A stretch of DNA of 64,000 bases, taken from assembly GCA_944325735.1 (NCBI GenBank), contig CALVBI010000003.1:85051-149050 (forward strand). Reading direction: 5' to 3'. Shown piece after piece: positions 60,901 to 64,000 of this stretch. Within the stretch, counting starts at the first letter, position 1. Each line of letters begins with the position of its first letter. This stretch comes from Candidatus Gastranaerophilales bacterium (lineage in GTDB: Bacteria; Cyanobacteriota; Vampirovibrionia; Gastranaerophilales; Gastranaerophilaceae). The translations under genes and the position numbers were made by a program. The notes under the pieces were generated by a model that worked only from the letters and a program-made list of their open reading frames with translations, was not told where the DNA came from and did no database searches.

Positions 60901-61178
60901 GAGAATTCGGTATTGCGGTTGAAGATGGTGCAAAAAAATTAAGAAATAAATGGACTAAAACAATTATTGGAGCTGGTATTACTGTTGCAGCACTTGGAAC
61001 AGCAGCATATGCCTATATGAAACGAGATGACAAAAAAGCTCAACTAAATACTCAAATACCACAAACAAGCACAACAACTACCATAAATAAAAATAATCAA
61101 AATAATATGACTAATCCTGTTTCTAATCCAAAAGAAACAAAAGAAATAATCCCTAATAAGCTGAATAAAACAGCTTAA
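57993..61178 (+). CDS. Giant glycogen/starch-synthase-like glycosyltransferase (GT-B) with C-terminal TM anchor
   Basis: NLGGLGVV, WWLHD, TFHN, GRPDKQKG, SRFEPCGI, GTPVISTKTGGAPD; TM IIGAGITVAALGTAAYAYM. Confidence 0.75.
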   Translation: MRVNSIMPQMRATSIRRNDNVNSSNQTMPVAMNLAAPIVKSGVILTFTGNDSKNIHQFLSYAPENKRFGVKAYNLGGLGVVAQEAPASWRTKAGADVRDFAPYHSFNNPDGGVTIVKITKNEKGIYNDRYPAESFISAKQDETLEEVGKRVKLKEGERLAYAIRLQPDDKGISQIIRLEDAGVQGSFKRAANKSIADTQDVTYRLFRAVDIADTVDIPINDYKKKVLAKITKTIKDEIAAPINEKYKEDLAKAKEKDFQLTLKARDLYDAKKSTDGERFYPIHDNEIEIQSKINDEIEKNFNTEEIKKRIDTAYNEKINSEEVKKELETIKSKIIAAPEVPERNAAYFIHTKELAKFDTAYGAGEKGYSAYGAYGTTGSYSTGAYSPNGGAHFVSTNVAFADNNRALIEILPKLNTKEHGFYNPANWWLHDRPAFITMNAIADASHFGNDYYNGLKVHGTFHNPGRDYQGAESNPFEMFKMLARPEDVETLKKHSQLEKLKKIEAKWGNNWDKAPLSERSFVNQILRPFMANFIDDYADTPNDKRTFNISMTPVAGTNINAKNMSCGTVSVNYGKEMKSLETPDIAQYLTTKLAATKTIDITNGSTPANLRLNDPTANFCQGNNINGLTKLKDGFTTYEYKPVFDDAGKFVSDNIDEVLKAKESNTKWLLDSLGDAFDKGGPQGITKMFFTDKQVSDTNASVTGHLAKYEKGDMLLMGWGRPDKQKGYPSTFQAFLDFLKDPNIDKEVKKHTKLLVGAGVWGNDADEYKWVQDIIRQIEELDGGIYKGNACYVNGFFPNRLVGCATYSIFSSRFEPCGITPLESFAAGTPVISTKTGGAPDFITAARGYLTKNPYLRNAESLKIDPAKFAGKKAKEIANILDAERMFANADELKDCIVAATSDYNLKPEEGKLAKYAEMVKDAITQKIDWHENASYNGGKTANERYMTEVFEIDKGMEGRNFEKLKRLVGEFGIAVEDGAKKLRNKWTKTIIGAGITVAALGTAAYAYMKRDDKKAQLNTQIPQTSTTTTINKNNQNNMTNPVSNPKETKEIIPNKLNKTA

Positions 61179-62077
61179 TGATTATTCAAAAAATCAATTA
61201 AATCATAAATTACGATGAATCTGTCAATCAGGTCATCGTAATTTTTTGCCTTTAACAAAGATCTAAATAAACAACCAAATTGCAGAGGTCTTTTTTGTCT
61301 TATTGCAATTAAAACAGTATTATTATTAAATGATAATTCAAACCCCTTAGCAGTATAAATTTCACCAAATCTCTTTATTATCTCCCAAAACTCTTTATTA
61401 ATAAAAGATATCTTTTGAGGCTCTTTAGCAAAAGTATATAGATATTGATTTAACTCCGAAATATGAGGATTTACCTGTTGAAAATAATTACATTTATGCT
61501 CATTTTTTGAAAAAAGAATAACATGATTATTGATAGATTTTTCAAGTTCTAGTTGAATTATTGTCCCTTTAAATAAATTAGGTTTATTAGCGCCTTTTAC
61601 AGGCATTGTTAATTTTGTATTTGATAAAATTATATTAGTTTTATTATAAAAGCCAAAGAAACTAGCTTCATCTTCTTGAGTATCAAAATTATAAAAGAGC
61701 TGAGAATCCAATATCGCTTCAGTATTAGAATTTTTAGGCCAAGGCTTAAAATTTGCAACAGGCCTTAAAAATAGAGGAAAAACATCATCAATTAACCTCT
61801 CTTGATATTTTTTCCCTACCAAAATAAAATTAATAATACTTTTAATAAAAAAAACATACATTAAAAATAAAATCATAGGAAATAAAATAGGATTAAATTT
61901 TCCATTAAGCATTACAAATATAAATAAGTATGCAAAAAATCCAGCTATTAGAAAAAAGAACAATGAAGAAAAAATAAGCTGTTTTATTAGTTTTTTCCTA
62001 AAAATTTCAACATCTCGAATTTTAGGTAATATTTTTTCTTCAAAATATTTATAATACAATTCTTTTTTATTATTCAT
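61175..62077 (-). CDS. Hypothetical membrane protein (two N-terminal TMs, soluble C-domain)
   Basis: Open 300-aa frame; extended -10 promoter 7 nt before the ATG. Confidence 0.7.
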   Translation of the reverse strand: MNNKKELYYKYFEEKILPKIRDVEIFRKKLIKQLIFSSLFFFLIAGFFAYLFIFVMLNGKFNPILFPMILFLMYVFFIKSIINFILVGKKYQERLIDDVFPLFLRPVANFKPWPKNSNTEAILDSQLFYNFDTQEDEASFFGFYNKTNIILSNTKLTMPVKGANKPNLFKGTIIQLELEKSINNHVILFSKNEHKCNYFQQVNPHISELNQYLYTFAKEPQKISFINKEFWEIIKRFGEIYTAKGFELSFNNNTVLIAIRQKRPLQFGCLFRSLLKAKNYDDLIDRFIVIYDLIDFLNNH

Positions 62078-62122
62078 AAAATTTATTCTATCACTTTTTA
62101 TAATATGCACAATATTAAAATT

Positions 62123-63874
62123 TTATTTAAGCCATTCTACCGTAAAACTATTTTTATATAAAAACGAAAACATTGTAAATAGTTTTATAGAATTTATATT
62201 TTTCCCGACTGGTTCATCTTTTAACCAATGATTCAAATCATCCATAGTCAAAATAAGTTCATCAATATATAAGCCATTTTTCATAACATCTCTTATTTGT
62301 TTAAATCTTATTGCATAATAATCATTATAATTAACATATAGCTGAAGAGGAAAAATTTTAAATATGAAATTTTGAAATTTTCCTATTTTAGACAAATCAA
62401 TATTTATAATAACTTTTTTAGCATCATCAGGAACACGAATTTCATCATTCAAATGATATTCTTCTTTTTTGTATACTTGATAATTTGAATTACATTTTGT
62501 ATCTCTTTCTCCTAACAAAATTTTCTCTGATTGAAAATCAATAACATTATAGTTTTCTTTTATTGCATCCCAAGTTGCAGGAGTATCAAAAATTAAATTT
62601 CGCTTATCTATAGAAGAAATACTGTCTATAATAATAAAATTAGTATTTTTTTGTTTATAATTTTCTGCACTTAAATCATCTAATGATTTTGTATATACAG
62701 CGTATAGTTGTAAAATAGGATTATAATGAGGTGTTAAATTATTTTTTTGCAAATATCCAAAATCATAAGGCAAAATCTCAACCTTGGAATTCTTTATCTT
62801 TTCTAACCAAGAACTAGGTAATAAATAATCATCAGAAACAGTAATAGATTTATTATTAAAATAACTAATAAATGAAAATATCGAATTATAAGAAATATAA
62901 TGTATCGGCAATAATAAAGCTAATACATACATTATAATAAGTTTTTTTAATGAAATATTTTTTACAAAAAAGAATAATAAAGGAACTATCGCTAAAATAT
63001 ATGTAAAAAATGCTAGCATATGCAAATCTGCTCGAACAAAACCAGATTTAAACATAAAGAACATAGAAGGAAGAATAACTAAAAATACCTTTGAATATTT
63101 AGCTCCTTTTTTACATTCATCAATCCACAAACTAATATATAAGCCTATTATTACCCAAGCAGACAAAAGATATAATTGATCCATAATATGCTTCCACAAT
63201 AACATTGACTCACTATATCCGGAAGCTATAATTAAACTTTTTGAAAACCAATTAATTAAAGTATGTATATCACCAAAATAAAAATACGTCATAAAACCAA
63301 TTGAAATAATCCAAAATAGAAATGACAAAATTACAAAATTTCGTTTAAATTTCAATGCAACTAATGTGAGAATTAATGTAGCTATACAACTTATTCCAAC
63401 ATTGAATTTTACAAATAGCATACAAAAAGCAAAGATATTCAAAAAGATTAAACCCAAATAACCTTTTATATTCTTCGCAAATAGACACACCATAGATAAT
63501 AATACTGCTAAAAATTCATATCCCTCAAAACCAAATAATATAAAATCTAATGAAAGTATAGCTAAAAATATATTTGCATACTTCCGCTTTTCAAAACAAA
63601 ATAACGAAAATAAAAACATTATCATAGTAAAAATTTTAAATAATGATGCTTTGAGAAGTATTTCTTTATAACAAGTAGGATACATTAAATATCCTAAAGG
63701 ACCAAATGTAAAAAAAACATCCTTTCCAAAAATATATTCCCCATTAATATGAATATTATTTAAAGCATATACCCAAGAAGAATCAAGCCCTGATAATACG
63801 TTATAACAAGTAAATCTGAATCCAAAAATTACTAAAATAAAAATCAAAAAATACCATATTAATTTCTTATTCAT
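62123..63874 (-). CDS. Polytopic membrane protein, probably surface-glycan related
   Basis: About 10-12 hydrophobic segments, LDSSWVYAL near the N-terminus; downstream of a GT2-like gene. Function is inferred only. Confidence 0.6.
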   Translation of the reverse strand: MNKKLIWYFLIFILVIFGFRFTCYNVLSGLDSSWVYALNNIHINGEYIFGKDVFFTFGPLGYLMYPTCYKEILLKASLFKIFTMIMFLFSLFCFEKRKYANIFLAILSLDFILFGFEGYEFLAVLLSMVCLFAKNIKGYLGLIFLNIFAFCMLFVKFNVGISCIATLILTLVALKFKRNFVILSFLFWIISIGFMTYFYFGDIHTLINWFSKSLIIASGYSESMLLWKHIMDQLYLLSAWVIIGLYISLWIDECKKGAKYSKVFLVILPSMFFMFKSGFVRADLHMLAFFTYILAIVPLLFFFVKNISLKKLIIMYVLALLLPIHYISYNSIFSFISYFNNKSITVSDDYLLPSSWLEKIKNSKVEILPYDFGYLQKNNLTPHYNPILQLYAVYTKSLDDLSAENYKQKNTNFIIIDSISSIDKRNLIFDTPATWDAIKENYNVIDFQSEKILLGERDTKCNSNYQVYKKEEYHLNDEIRVPDDAKKVIINIDLSKIGKFQNFIFKIFPLQLYVNYNDYYAIRFKQIRDVMKNGLYIDELILTMDDLNHWLKDEPVGKNINSIKLFTMFSFLYKNSFTVEWLK

Positions 63875-63916
63875 ACCTAATACCCTAAAAAACAATACAT
63901 CTAATTAAATATAAAA

Positions 63917-64000
63917 TCATTTTCTTTTAAAAATACCTCTAAAAGCCATAAAATACCATTTTAGATATTTGGGCAACCATTCTATTAATTTAAAATTTGA
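63917..64000 (-). CDS. C-terminus of a probable GT2 glycosyltransferase (truncated by the window edge)
   Basis: SNFKLIEWLPKYLKWYFMAFRGIFKRK*. Confidence 0.45.
   Translation of the reverse strand, partial: SNFKLIEWLPKYLKWYFMAFRGIFKRK

Noticed and set aside
1-64000. CRISPR array, IS element, prophage or tRNA-integrated island
   Set aside because: No spaced direct repeats, transposase, integrase, phage genes or duplicated tRNA 3' ends were recognised.
1-64000. Numerous A7-A9/T7-T9 runs as slippage sites
   Set aside because: Expected at this AT content, and none was seen to break a reading frame.

Overview
AT-rich (roughly 30% GC by eye) bacterial chromosome segment with no rRNA, CRISPR array, integrase or transposase. 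Gene content points to Candidatus Melainabacteria/Vampirovibrionia, probably Gastranaerophilales (inference). The evidence is dispersed FTLAEVLITLGIIGVVAALTIP prepilin-like genes, pyruvate:ferredoxin oxidoreductase, a trimeric [FeFe]-hydrogenase, diderm envelope genes (lpxK, msbA-like, MlaD, Skp, TpsB) and an RpoD-like sigma factor. Most of the window is housekeeping: recN, rlmD, mtaB, mnmG, rnhB, rbgA, rplS, ugd, coaE, yidC, queA, nth, bioDA, five tRNAs. Best finding: two unlinked prepilin genes 25 kb apart share a near-identical promoter, a GGAGG RBS and a leader with a C10 tract. Both are out of frame by the same offset (C11 or C8 would restore them), which suggests a dispersed phase-variable pilin repertoire. 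Second finding: a set of lineage-specific genes whose products share an N-terminal M-x-I-N/S...P-x-F-x-G/A/S motif and carry effector-like cargo; several of them, plus a RelA/SpoT-like gene and two CHAP-like genes, share a candidate alternative-sigma promoter. Also found: a hairpin-interrupted copy of the tRNA-Pro 5' end, a 31-aa membrane peptide with a convergent antisense promoter, and several probable leaderless genes. Note that the supplied ORF track labels mnmG as +, but it is on the minus strand. All protein assignments are from motif recognition by eye; no searches were run.
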